DNA of 64,000 nucleotides from Selaginella moellendorffii (Eukaryota > Plantae > Lycopodiophyta). Where the stretch lies: assembly GCF_000143415.4 (NCBI RefSeq), contig NW_003314431.1:2256-66255 (forward strand), given 5' to 3'. Below are positions 37,716 to 50,938 of this stretch, piece after piece; position 1 is the stretch's first letter; each line of letters opens with the position of its first letter. The notes below the pieces were generated by a model. That model was not told where the DNA came from and ran no database searches. It worked only from the letters and a program-made list of their open reading frames with translations. The position numbers and the translations under genes were made by a program.

Positions 37716-40282
37716 ATTTATACCTCTTTCATAGAGGTTGGATTCAGGCACACTACTAGATCATTTATTGTGTTGTCATCATTCCTTGGAACAAATTACA
37801 TAGATTAAACAAACTTAGGATTAAATATGGCAGAGGATATCTCAAGTTTGATACTTTGATGGCATGTCATAAGGAGACACAAGCCTTTGTAGGCTAGATG
37901 TTCTTCATTATTGATGGAAACCACTGGTGGCTAGCGTTCTGGAGGTGTATTCAAGAGAAGTTCCAAGATGATGACAAGCAACATATTTGTGTTCCAATGA
38001 CACTTGTGGAGCCAGAGGATTGAAACCAAACTATGAGGCTCAACTTGGCATGTCACAAAATCAACATGTAAGAATCCCTTACTAGTAACTTTTGTTCTCA
38101 CCAACTATGTTACAGGCTTAATCAATTTGCTTTCCAAGCACATACCTTGGTCCATGATATCGAGCACCTTCAATATGTTAGCATGCTTTCTCTTGAGGAA
38201 ATCCAAATGCTATATAGTTATGAGGTTATGGAAGCAGTTCAAGCAAAGCTTGTAGCACATAAAGGCCAAGAGTTGCTTACTTGGTATTAGGTGCCTATGG
38301 ATTTTTCAATTGCAATTTAAGTAAAGGTATCATTTTTTGCATGAACTTGTGTTTTCTACTCACAAGTTTTCCTTTTAGCCAATTGTCAAGGTGGAGCAAA
38401 ACTCATATTTAAAGATTACGCAAGTGATGGATGAAGTGTAAAAGAACCTTAAACTGCAACAAATTGAGCAGCACATGTTGAACTCGAAAAAATCAAAGGT
38501 GAAGAAGCTACTTGTGATTGCAAACATCCGATGTGATAAAGATTGGCTGTAGAGATATGTTCTCATGGTAATAAGTTAGTTCCTTTTTATCTTTCTCATT
38601 TCACTTTGAAATCCTTATCCTTACAGGAAATGGTAAAGCACTTGAAGAATTTATCCAAAAAGCAAGCTCTCCTTCAATGAACAAACCTTTTGCTTGGAGC
38701 TCCTTAACACTTGGCATCATAACAATGATAAAAGGTTGGAGAGCAAACTTGAGAATATGATGAAGGAGAAACTCTATATCACTTAGAATATTACAGTTGC
38801 TGAAGAGCTACTTCAAGCATGGGATACAAAGTTCCTTATTAGTGCCCATATCGGCATAACACTTCTAGAATATGTCCGAACTTGGGGGTCAAATATCATA
38901 ATTACAAATTATCATTCTCATCTGTCATCATCACTTTGTAACGCTTGTGTGTTGCCATCTCCTCCTTCAACATCTTGTAAACAATTGTATGTCATATAAC
39001 AGCACCTTCTAGAACAAAGTATATTACCTACAACTAATATCATTTTATTATATTTTTTCTTTTAAAAGTGACAATACTATAGTATAGCAAATTAATTCTA
39101 GATCTTACATTCCACTGTAGGGTGGCCTAAAAACCCCATATTTTGCACTAGCCAATGTAGCGTTTATAAACTCATAAAGCCATTTGTTTTGTCTAAGAAA
39201 AAGTAGCATATTGGACACTGAATGTAATAGCATTTTGTGCTTTCAAGTAGTCCCACCATATCAGAAGCAAGATCTTGCAAAAACATGTGACATTGCTCCT
39301 GAAGCCCTAAAGGCAATCCCTCTTTAGTAGCAAAATCTAGAATTTCATATATAGGGAGCTCTAGTTTAGCTTCACTAGAGCCCTTAGCAGAAAAAAGATT
39401 GTTATATGGAGATGAAAGTGGAATGTTGGTAAAACTTGAGGATGGAGGTGGAGATTGATATGAAATGTTGAGGGAACAAGTACGAGTAGCAATGACTTTC
39501 CTTCGAGCCATTTCAATACAAACTTCCAAGGAACTCAAGGAGAACAAAAAACTACGATGACTATAACTTTTCTAGATAGTTTATATATGAAGTTTTAGTC
39601 TTGGGAATGAGGTTTATTTATTATGACACTAGCAATACTCAAATTCTTTAAATGTTAGTCTTGAAAATAGGGCTTTATAATCATAACTTGCTTGTAAACA
39701 TAAGAGCTTCTAGAGTTTTATATTATCATATATACACATGCTCTATCATTATGATGAAATCCTACTTTGCTACACATATATTCTTTTCTATACATGCTAA
39801 ATGTTTAGGGAAATAGACTACAAGGAAATATAGAACACATTATAGTGGCAGAGCACATTGGCATGCTACCATTCTCTTGTGTGACATTGCCTTTCAGTCT
39901 TGGAAATGTAGATAAAGTTGATTCTTTGATGTGATATTACTTTTGAGGCTTTCGAAAGATTTTGATTTCATTTATTATTATTCACAAACAACTCCCAAAA
40001 ACTTTTAATGAGGATTCACTACAAAAATATACCTTAGTTTTATCATATGAGAGGATTGTGATATAGGTAGGCAATAGAGTTTTTTATATGAATTAATATG
40101 TAAATTACAAATATAATGGAAAGTTTTATGGAGTAAATTTCTTGCTGCTTTCCACCGTGTTGTTCATTTCTTCATTTCTCTTGCTCTAAATTGTTGTTTT
40201 AGAAGTAACAGGAGCATTTTTATCAATCATGATAGTGGTCTCAACATTCTCAAATGGGTAATAAGGACAAAGAGTGTAATAT

Positions 40283-41071
40283 TGAGCCAAGGAGTGACGG
40301 AACCGGACCACAAAGCAACTCTCGAGCATATAGCCTAAGGAGCGAAGGGACAGGAGCCTGGAGTGAATTGGAACAGTCCTAGAGCAATTAGCATCCCATT
40401 GCCAGGACCAACATGCAAAATGAAGCCAAATGGAGTCTGGCGCTATTTTGGCATATTAGTGGCCTAATGCAAGGACATGGGTACTCCACCAGCTAGCATG
40501 GAAGAGAACTTAGGTTTAAACCCAAGCCGGACATAGAACAAGGACAAGCATGCAAGCAGGAGCTAGACTATGCCTTAGGTTGGTCAGCCAAGCCTGACCT
40601 ACCCACTATCCCTACTATAAATTTAGAACCCCCCATACCCCCCCTTGCACCCCCCCCTCCCCTGAGAAAACACGCTTTAGGCTTTCACCTCAAGCCTCTT
40701 TTAGTATCAAGAGTTAGTCTCTAAGACAAGTTCGAAACTTACTAAATATAGAATGTCCCTAGATTGCAAATTTGGACACGGGACGAACACCATTATGTTC
40801 AGAATAATCTTTACATTCCATAAATATGCCAAATGAACAAATCTAGATGCTTTCCATAAATAGCATTTGAGACCGAATTGAAACTAACATAAAGGGCATG
40901 ATAGCAAGAGTGTTTGGCAGACATAGTAAACTATCATTTAGCAAATATTAAGGGACCAATCTCAATATCGCGAGGGTTCTTGTCAAGTCAATGCAGGACA
41001 GAGCAAAAGAGAACTAACAAACCGGGCTAAGTATGCTTGGCTAAATAGACACTTAGGAATTCCTTCTTTAT
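40283..41071 (-). repeat. Older truncated LTR-A copy, interrupted by a younger family-A element
   Basis: Colinear similarity to 41272-42045 that stops abruptly at the TG of the LTR starting at 41072. Confidence 0.8.
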
Positions 41072-43787
41072 TGTAGCACACGTGGTTTTAACCCTTTATC
41101 CTATGATGATTTACCATAGGATAACACCACGAAGCGGAACCTAAACCCTCTTTATGCCACATGACATATGCCACATATCATATGCCACATGTCCAAAGGA
41201 TAGTGGTGCAGAACCCGAGGTTCAAGGCCTTGGGCCACTAAACGAAGGAACGGTGCCAAACTCCCAAGCATAGAGCCAAGGAGTGACAGAACCTAACCAA
41301 CGGAGCAACTCTTGAGTATACAGCCCAAGGAGCAAAGGAACAAGAGCCTGGAGCGACTTGGAACAGTCCTCGAGCAACTAGCATCCCAATGCCAGGACCA
41401 GCACGCAAAAAGGAGCCAAACAAAGTCTAGCGCTATTTCGGCATACCGATGGCTAACGCGAGGACATGGGTACTCCACCAGCTAGCATGTTGTGGAGCTT
41501 GGGCTTGGACCCAAGCCGGACGCAAAACAAGGTTAGGCACGCAAGCAGAAGCTAGACTATGCCTCAGATTGGTCGGCCATGCCCGACCTACCCACTATCC
41601 CTACTATACATTTGGAACCCCCCACAGCCCCCCCTCCTTGAGGAACACACGCTTTGGGCTTTCACCCCAAGCCTCCCTTAGTATTAAGAGTTAGTCTTTG
41701 GGACAAGCTCGAAACTTACTAAATATGGAATGACGCTAGATTGCAAATTTGGACATGGGACGAACACCATTGTGTTTAGGACAATCTCTACATTCCATAG
41801 ATATGCCAAATGAGTGAATCTAGACACTTTCCATAAATAGCATTTGGGACCGAAATGGGACGAACACAAAGGGTATGATAGCGAGGGTGTTTGGCAGACA
41901 CAGTAAGTTATCATCCAGCGATATTGAGGGATTAATCTCAATATGCAAGAGTTCTTGTCACTAGCCAGTGCAAGACATAATGAGATGGGAACTCCTTACC
42001 GGGCTAAGTATGCTTAGCTAATAACACGTAGGAATTCCGTCCTTATGCTCGTCTGGTCTAAGTACACTCGAAATGCCCAGTTAACTCCATTAGCACAAGA
42101 GGGACTAATAAAGGGTCTAGCAATACCGACCTCCTGCTATCATGGCAGTAAGTAAAGAGTGTTCGTAAGGATTGGCCGACAGGTAACTTTCGATACCCGA
42201 AGTCACATTCGTGACACTCTCCCCCCCTAGAGAAGATTAACATCCTTATCGATGCATACTCGAGTCTAGAATACCACTAAGGAAACAACTCCAGAAAAAG
42301 TTCACAGTATTCACACTATGTGAGAAATGCACCAACTTAAATGAGTTAGGAGGCAACCTCCTTGTTTAACGCGGATGTGTTACCAGCTCAGACACCTTCC
42401 GGCCGTCGCCGATAAGGAAATGACCAACGGAGTCAGCCACCCTTGCTACTCTGGGAGTCACCCAGCTTACAAAAGTGTGATACGCCCCTGCCTGCAGGGA
42501 TATAGAGAGAGAAGCCAAAAGCCCCAACCCTCCTGAGTAAAGAAACCAAACCTGTCGGTAGACTATTGTAAACAGGCAATTAGAGTTGTTTACACAGTCA
42601 TGCCCTTTTAACGGATTAAGGAACATCGACAGAGAGGCGGGTTATGTGACCAGTCAACAGTAGCTACCCCATGACTAGAGATTTCAACATATACACGAAG
42701 TGCCGAAGCCAGTTTACCTATACTGGCCCAAACTCAAAGATCAATATATGGACAATATCAAAGTCATAAACAATGATATTTTAGAGTCGTAATTATCAGT
42801 GAATATATCTTAGATTAGAACACAAAAGTATTCCAAGCAAGTTATCACCCAATAAATAAGTATTATAGGGTAGGAACCACCAAGATCATCATAATTGGTA
42901 AACATAGGATTCACCATCCAACAAAATTTAATAGCCAATATATCATCAAGGAAACTCAATGATTAACCCTAACTAACGAAGATGGCAGACAATATGCTAA
43001 ACAACTTACTAAAGATAACTCAAAGAACACAAAGTATCATTAACTAACAAGCACAAAGCTCGCGAATGTATCACCTAAAGGAAATAACATCCCAACCTAT
43101 CAGAACTAACTGAAGCAATAATCAACAAAACAAAATGAATGTAGCAAGACCAACAAACACGCATTCATGTCAACTATCACACTAGCCAATCTGAATAAAT
43201 TCCGGTCAATAATATGAAGGAACCAGAGTTGCTTAAGCAAGTGTCAGCAACTGTAGCGCATGTGATCATGGGATGAGATTTAGATATACTGTCACCGTGG
43301 ATCCTTAGAACCTTGGGGGATAAATGGGGATAAAATAGCCACTAAAAGCTTTATTTCGTTAAAGTGGGAATTGTCATTATCCCACTTGTAAAATAAGGTT
43401 TCCAAACCTTTATATAGTATATAAATATAACAAAATTCAACTGCATTGAGGCACATGCCATTTTATTTTAAACAAGGAAATGTCTACTCAATCATTTCTC
43501 CTCCCCCTGCCACTGCTTCACCTCTCTCTTCTCCTTGTCATCGTCGTCCAATTTCTTTCCATCCTTTTAATATTGGCTCAGTTGCTCCGAGTCTAGGTGG
43601 AGCCCAAGTCCCCATTCAATATTTACTTTCCCCTTATTAATAAAACAACTTCGCAGACTTCCAATAACATGCTGTAACACTTCTAGTATAATGCAAATCT
43701 TCTCAAAGAATTGTCTTTTAATATTAATACAATGGCATGGAACCCCATGCCATAATAAGTTACATTTTTAAATAAATACATGCCATC

Positions 43788-44650
43788 TCAGACTGTTATT
43801 TTTTGCCTCCAACGCCTATACAATAATCTTGGAATTTCATCACTCTCCACACTATCAGGATTTAAACCCAATAGTAATGCCATCTCTTCTCTAATACGTC
43901 CACGCTCATGTTTAGTGGTCGAAGAACCCATTCGGTTGAGCAGATTATAGAGATGCGGATAGTGCTTGGCTAGACAATATACATGCCATAAATGATGACT
44001 AGTGTCTGTCCGATCAAATGGCTTCTGATATACCGTTCCATCTGCCATTTGGTTGATTTCTACAGCCACCTCCTGGACTGGCCGGTTCTCTATCACCATC
44101 GCTCCAAGCCGTTTTGCAAGGTCCCCCAAAACATACGGTTTCTTCTCCCTAGTTTCCATACTGCAAGAGATGGGGTGCACTGCATATGTGTGCGTGTTCG
44201 CTGCAGTTTTAATCGGCGAGTCATCGATGATGAGGATTTCACTTGACCTAGCAGTCCGGTTCATCACTACAGCCTCTGGCTTGACGAAGATGGGCTTGCT
44301 ACCCCTCACATGGACCATAGTCAAGCAATCCTCCTGCGTTAGGAGAAAGTCAAATGGTAATATTACTCGCGTCTGATCGTGCATCATCTGTAGCAACGTT
44401 AATGCATTGTGGCGCATCATGGATGTCCAAACTCCCAATTGCAAATTGAACCCGGCCCTCTGTTTTAAGTGTCGCATGGTCATTATTAGATCCCGCAATT
44501 TCTCCCGTGTGATTAATGTGAATTTGTCTCTTTTGACCAACTTGCGACCGCAGGCTTTGGAGGGTGCAGTGACATTCGAGGACGAGCCACGCTCATGGGA
44601 GAAAAGGACACCGTTCAGATAAAAAACGATACAGTACTTTCGCCGTGACT
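43788..44650 (-). CDS. FCP1/NIF-type HAD phosphatase-like exon (first catalytic D replaced by Y)
   Basis: CIVFYLNGVL (cf. LxLDLNGxL), LGVWTSM, LLTQEDC, PIFVK and ILIIDDSPIK; probably spliced to 44698-45285 via a 47-nt GT-AG intron at 44651-44697. Confidence 0.7.
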
Positions 44651-44697
44651 CTGAAATGAAATGCGTCAGCATAAAAAATGGTACAAGTCAATTTTAC

Positions 44698-46350
44698 CAT
44701 CTACAATATTAGCGAATGGTGCTCCCGATGGTTGTTCAGAGGGTTTTGGTCGAGGAAACGTGAAGGGCGGAAATACTCTCCTCTGCAATGTGGGGTCAAT
44801 CGCATCCGATGGCGTGTGGGCACATGCCATTTCAGCTGTAGACTCTGGTACAACTGGCTCAACAGTGGCATGGGGTGGTTCCGATGGCGTGTGATCACAC
44901 GCCATTTCAGCTGGTGCCTCCGTTGGCAAAGTGGACATGACCGAACAGGCAGCAGGGGCGGTGTAGGGAGGTTCCAACGGCGCGTAGTCAGACGATTGGG
45001 CACATGTTGAGTCCGTTGGAAATGAGGATACGACCGGCTCGGCGGCTGGGGCAGCCTCATGCAGGTCCAATGGCGCCTGGTCACTGTCAGTTGGATACGT
45101 GGACAAGATTGACTCAGTGGTATGGGCAGCATCAAGTGGAGCGTGGTCAGCTTGCTTGGCGTTGATATGGATAGTAGCCTCCACCAGCTCTGATGACTCT
45201 TGCAGGCAAGTAGAGTCCACTGGCGGATCCATATGCATGTTCAAATATCTCCCTTTGATTGAGATGGTATCCTCTCTACTGGCTACTAAAAACAAACTCA
45301 TTAGCACATTGAATCGACTATACTGTATTTACCATCAACTGCTATTGGGCGCACTGCTGATTCTGAAGGATTATACGTTTCGACCCTTGCTTGGCACTAT
45401 CCTTCCTCGACACTAAAGGCTAGAGTTTGTATCTTAATTCAACTGAATAATCTCTACTTACCATTTGCTTTGCAACCTACATGGACAATGTTAGAAATGG
45501 TAAAAGGTTAGGAATGGATGTATTATTATTTACCTGATGGTTTGTCTTGTATGACCTTCCTCCGCTGCTCTTTGGCCACCTCAGGCTGGCCATCGTCGTC
45601 ATCATCGTCGTCGTCGTTATTGTGATCGTCACCATTGTGAGGACCATCCAAGTCCTCTTCGTCCTCCTCTTCTTCGTCCTCCTCTTCTTTGTCCTCCTCT
45701 TCGTCCTTCTGCTCTTCCTGCTCATTATCTTTCTCTGGCTCCTCATCCCCCTCCTGCATTTCTTCCATAGGCTGCTCAGGCTGGATGGCTTGTTCTTCCA
45801 GGACCATCTTGGGAAAATCATCTGGCCGAGTCTCCATCTCAAAATACAAGACATCCATAGCCTGTTTTAGTGTGTGACCTAGGACCGTATCCTCACCCGA
45901 CTATCTTAACATGGTTTCTGCACGTTCTTGCACCCTTCGAAGACGACGAGATGAGAAAAACGTGGCCCTGACTTGAAAAGCATCCCTCATCCATTGTACC
46001 TCTCCATTGAGATTGGGGAAGGGGAGTCTGCCATAGGAATCTGAGTCAGGAGGTGGTGATCGCGAGGCATTACCTATCATCTTTTTGTTGCCCTTCTTCC
46101 TTTTCGAATCAAACGCCTCTGATCCCGATGACTGTCCAATGTGCTTTCGCTTTTTATGACCACTGTCAGTTTGAGCTTGGCTAGTGCTTGCCTGTTTTGC
46201 CTTTGAAGAAGTGTCTCTTGCAAGGAATGGCATGAGACCACACGCCATTGCAAATATAATTTGTACCTCCTTTTTTCCTATTGCTTGTCTGTTTGTCCTT
46301 CTTCGACGCGCCACCAGTGCGCTTTTCAGTCCTTGTGTCTGAATATTCAC
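44698..46350 (-). CDS. Low-complexity exons of the cargo gene (Pro/Ala/Ser repeats, acidic D/E tract, basic NLS-like segment)
   Basis: ORFs 44666-45307, 45526-45858 and 45901-46350 lie on the same strand as flanking exons with plausible splice sites; exact exon structure is uncertain. Confidence 0.45.
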
Positions 46351-46544
46351 AACGATCTATAATCAAAATGGCGTGAGGCCTCACGTGACCTTACCTTGTG
46401 CAGGTTGTGAGCTCGGCCTAACATGGGTATCTTCAACAGTAGCTGTTAACGCCGTTTCAGCATCTGGGGGTGGCCACGCTCCTGCATACAGAGCTTGTGA
46501 GATAACATTTAAACTTAAAGTGCATACTCACCAAGTTCGTAGAG

Positions 46545-49100
46545 AAGATACTGTTTTTCTTTGGCAACTGTAATTATATGCTCCATTGAAGTCACCTCTT
46601 CAATGGAGTTTGTCACCGCAACACACGGGACACCCTTGAGTAGTGCAGCTCAAAAGAATAGTCTGCCGCAGTTGTACTCAACAACGCATTTGCCCTTAGA
46701 GTCGGAAGCAGGTGCTATTGCGTTGAAGACCCAGCTGAGCATTTCCCATGCTACACCTGGAGCTTTCTCTGGATTCGAAAGCTCCATAGCCGTCTTCAGT
46801 TCCTCAGGCACGGGTAAATTGACCTCCCTCAGATCAATTCGATCGGCCTTGTCGAACGAAGCTGGGAAGTCACTCTAGTCCCACTCTACTGCAGAACCAA
46901 TAACAAGGGCGAGTGTGAAGATGCGGACATTCGTCGGTATCTTCTTCTTAGCCATTATCCCATGGATCTCCTGCATCTCCTTGCCTTTCAACCGAGCCTT
47001 CACCTCGTTCAAGGCCTTCCAGAACTTATGATAGGATTCGGAGTTGTAGATCATATAGTGGACTGAAGATTCCACCTCCGCAAGTCCCACCATTAAGTCA
47101 ATGATAGAGCTGACTTCGTCTGCATGAGTGATCTCCTCGTTTGTGAAGTCCATCACACAAAAGATGTTCTTGACCTGCTCATCTCCGCAGGAAACGATGC
47201 TCCTCCACCTTTGATCCTCATCTGAATTCACGTATACCCGGTAAGGTTCTCGATAGGCCTCTGCTGCGGGGTCGAGCTGTTTCTGAAGCCGGCGGTCGAC
47301 ATCCCTCTTAATGAAATTTGGATACTGATCCAACTTCTCAGCTTTACTTTTTGTGGCATCCCGGAGCAGATCGATGAACTTGGGGGCCCCCTTCACGTAG
47401 TCGTCGATGTCTTCATTTGACAACTCCAGCTCTTCCATCATCTCTTGCGTGGTGTCGATGCTCACCCTCTCCATGGCCACTTGTTCGAAGATCCAATCCT
47501 TCAATAGCGCACGAGCTCTCAGAGTCGTGCACAAGTCCTCGTATGTCACAATATGGCCGGGAGTCATTTTGGTCTTGTTGAAGACTACCTCACCACGTAG
47601 AAGAGCATTAGCCACTGTCAGAAGGTCGTCGTCGTCTAGAGACCGCAAGAAACGCAAGGCGTTGAGCTTCAAATCATTGGATTTCAGGCCGTCCTCCACA
47701 CCCATTGAGTTTAGCAACTCCCCGTCATGGTACCTCCTCAGCACATCTACCCATTTGTCAGAAACAACTTTTGTCACGAGTAGAATGTTATGGATGCTGA
47801 GTGTGTCATTGACCCCCAGTGTTTTCGAGAGAAGACTCGAGAATTCCTGCAATGGAAATGGCGTGAGGCCACATGCTATGCCACATGCAACGAGGCTTAC
47901 TTGCCAGGCGCTAGTTGCTAGTGCACGTCCTTGTCCTGGTTTTTGTGGCTTCTTCAGTTGAACCCAGAGCTTCCGTGTTCGTGCCAATGTCTCGTGCAGG
48001 CCCGATTTGTAGCACGTTTCTTGCTTGACATTCTGCGCATGGGAGATGGATATGATAGATCGGAGGGGCGAGTTGCCTTTTATCAGGCGGACAACTCTTG
48101 TCTTGAAGACTTTCTTCACCTCCTCGCCCACCATAATATCCAGAACTATCTCTTGCATCGCCAAGCTAGAATGCTGCCCGGAGACGGCATAGAACCGGAT
48201 GTTCTGATCGTCCAACACCTTCCTATTGATCAAGTCTGGAAACCTCGTCTCGCCCTTCATTGTTCGGTAGTAGAGGATCACGTCTGCGATGTCGGGTGTT
48301 ACTGGACTTGCCAGCATCTTCTGCTTCAGTTTCTCCACCCACTCATCAGATACTAGCCTGTGGTTGTATTTGCTTTGGATGTCGATACGGCTCACGTCGA
48401 TTGTATATACTTTGTTGGAATAGTAACAAGTACTATTATCTGCGACGATTTTTGCTGCTTCTTCTTGCTCTTTCTGCTTTTTGCGGCTCTTCTTTTTGGT
48501 GGGTGTAGTGTTCGAACCCGAGGCAATGGCATCACCGAGTAGCTTCTTTTTTGGAGCAAGAGAGTCGGACGTCGGCTTGAGCTTAACCACCCTTTTCTGC
48601 TTTGGGGTAGTTTCCAGATCGACCCCCTTCCCCTTCGCTTCGCGAACTGGAGGCACTCTCAACGGCTCAATGTTGGAATATAGTTTTTGAACATCGCCGT
48701 AGGTGAGGTCCGTGGATTCCATGTGATCTTCATAGACCCGCAGCGTCTTTGAAATTGTGGGCCTCCTGGACAACCTCTCCCTAGCTCCCTCTAGGAATTC
48801 CTCATAGCCGCTGCCCCCCTCCAGGAAGCCGCTAGGATGTGCAAGGTGGATCTTGAAGGCGGACGCTGTCTCTACCACAAGTGCCAGTCCATATTCTTGC
48901 ATGGAACTGCATGGAGTGTCTGTCACTTGGATGAGGATCCCCATGCATTCTTTTCTCCCACCATCTGTGTTGTACAGCCTCAGATCCTCGCCTTCCATCC
49001 CGAAAGTCCAACTGGTGAGCTCCTCCCCCTTCTCTGCATCCACATTGACAGTGGCTGGAAGAAGAACGCAATTCTTTGCCTGTTTAGAAATGCACAACAA
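46545..49100 (-). pseudogene. ParB/Srx-like domain followed by a degenerate beta-class methyltransferase-like fold
   Basis: IDVSRI..HRLVSDEWVEKLKQKM...RFYAVSGQHSSLA...ISHAQN (~48020-48410); reading through in-frame stops at 46875 and 46650 gives EKAPGVAWEMLSWVF..KGKCVVEYNCGRLFF*AALLKGVPCVAV; in-frame 54-nt intron at 47847-47900. Confidence 0.6.
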
Positions 49101-50904
49101 TTAGAGCTGACAGATGAAAAGCTAGCAGCTGGAAATAACGTGAGGCCACACACCATTCACCACTGCATCAGATGTCTTGAGGCTGCATCCTAAGATGGCA
49201 TGAGGCTACACGCCATCTGTAACCGGACTGCACTCGAGAGCCCAATTGGTGCATGCCAATGTTGTTACTGAATGGCATGTGGCCTCATGCCATTTTCTAC
49301 TTGGCCTAAAAGACTTACCATTTGAAGCCGAATGGAGGCCGTGACAATCGAGGCCGGACTCGCTGGCGAATGTGCACTGTGTGTGCAGCAGATCGTAGCA
49401 GCAAGGCTACTCTGCCACTTACAGTTGGAGAGTGGCGCTGAAATCTCCCGGGACGCCAAGTGGGCTGCGTGTGGGTGGCGGAGTGGGCGGCGGAGTTGGC
49501 GGCGAAGTTACAAACTAGGTGTGTCTTGAACTGGACGCCGATGCACACGAGCGCGATGCGAGCGCGAGTGTGATGCAAACGCGAGTGGATGCCGATGCAC
49601 ATGAGAAACCTGTAGAGAAGTGAGCGTGATCGCGAGTGGGAGCGTGATGCGAGCGGGAGCGCAAGTGTGATGCGAGCACGAGTGCGAGTACGAAGTAAAA
49701 TGCAAAACCTAACCTCACATGCGCGAAATGTCACAACGGTTGGTAATCCCGCCACGTCATCATTCTTCGGACTTGGGCGCCACCATTAATTTCTGGATTG
49801 CCGCGCGCATGCAAGCACGCAAAATCCAAAAGAAATCCGCAACGTCATCATTCCTCGGACTGCATGCACGCGAAATCCAAAAGAAAGATCATGATTGGGA
49901 TATCATTTAATACCCTTGCTATATTTATACCATGCATGATTGGATATTCCAAAGCATCTTGTATTTCCAAAAATGGCAGATGTTCAGCTAAATAAAGAAA
50001 TTCTATCTGTTTCTATTTTTCTCTCAAATCAATATTATAGTGTGTGGGCTCATGCAATTTTGAACCAAAGAAACCCAAAAAACGTTGGACCCAAAATATT
50101 TTGAAAAAACCCAAAAAACCCTAAACATTTTAAACCCAAAAATCCAGGCGTCCTGTGGCGTTATTCCTTTAATGGCGTGTGGGCGCATGCCATTTTCAGG
50201 GCCAAATGCTGAATGGAGAAAAATTCCCTTTCAGTGCAAATGCTGCAAGAGACAGATGCCGAGCACAAAAGACTGTAACTACCTCACATGACACAGATAA
50301 ACTTTTCTTTATTTGGCAAAGATAAACTTTATAGCGTGTGGGCTCATGCAATTTTGAACCCAAAAAATGCACCAAAAAATGCTCGGCATCATCTGGCGTT
50401 ATCTCTTGAATGGCGTGGGGCCGCATGCCATTTTCAGGGGCACATAAGAGTATATTCCTAGAATATTCTGACACATGCGAGATTTTTTTGAGTTTTCTGG
50501 AGATCCAACCGTTAGATCGCAACTAGATTTTACAAAATGGTATACAATGTCTTTCTTGATGACCCTGCAAAGAAGCATCTCGATCGGACACCACATGAGA
50601 CCACACGAGCCTTACAATTTTTCAGGGGCATTTGCCATAGATCCGACCGTTATTTTGCTCCAAGATTTTACAGTTTGGTGTGCATTGACCTTTCCATCGA
50701 CACTGCAAAGGGACATCACAATCAGATGCGGGATCACAAGAAACTAACTTCACTAACTCTGGTTTCACTAAGATCTACGTAAGGAGTTATGAAATGAAAG
50801 GACCCTCTCTATTGAAATGTGTTTATGGTCCTAAGGGCATTGTGACATATCAAAGGATTTTGCATCAAGTTCTATATTTGCATGTTTATTAAGCTACTGA
50901 ATTG

Positions 50905-50938
50905 CTAAACCCTAAACCCTAAACCCTAAACCCTAAAC
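50905..50938 (+). repeat. Interstitial plant telomere repeat (CCCTAAA), ~4.8 copies
   Basis: CTAAACCCTAAACCCTAAACCCTAAACCCTAAAC read directly from the sequence. Confidence 0.9.

Larger units (their letters stand above)
35020..38300 (+). pseudogene. ParB/Srx-like domain gene remnant, split by the hAT insertion
   Basis: IPLCCLKQSHWVR (35106-35144) lies before the hAT and MFFIIDGNHWWLAFW (37898-37942) after it; DGNHR is restorable by reversing one C>T. Short introns follow. Confidence 0.5.

Noticed and set aside
39164-39547. 127-aa minus-strand ORF
   Set aside because: No recognisable motif; AT-rich degenerate context.
47407-48690. Plus-strand ORFs antisense to the ParB-like gene (and similar shadows over pol and transposase genes)
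   Set aside because: Antisense shadows of GC-balanced coding sequence.
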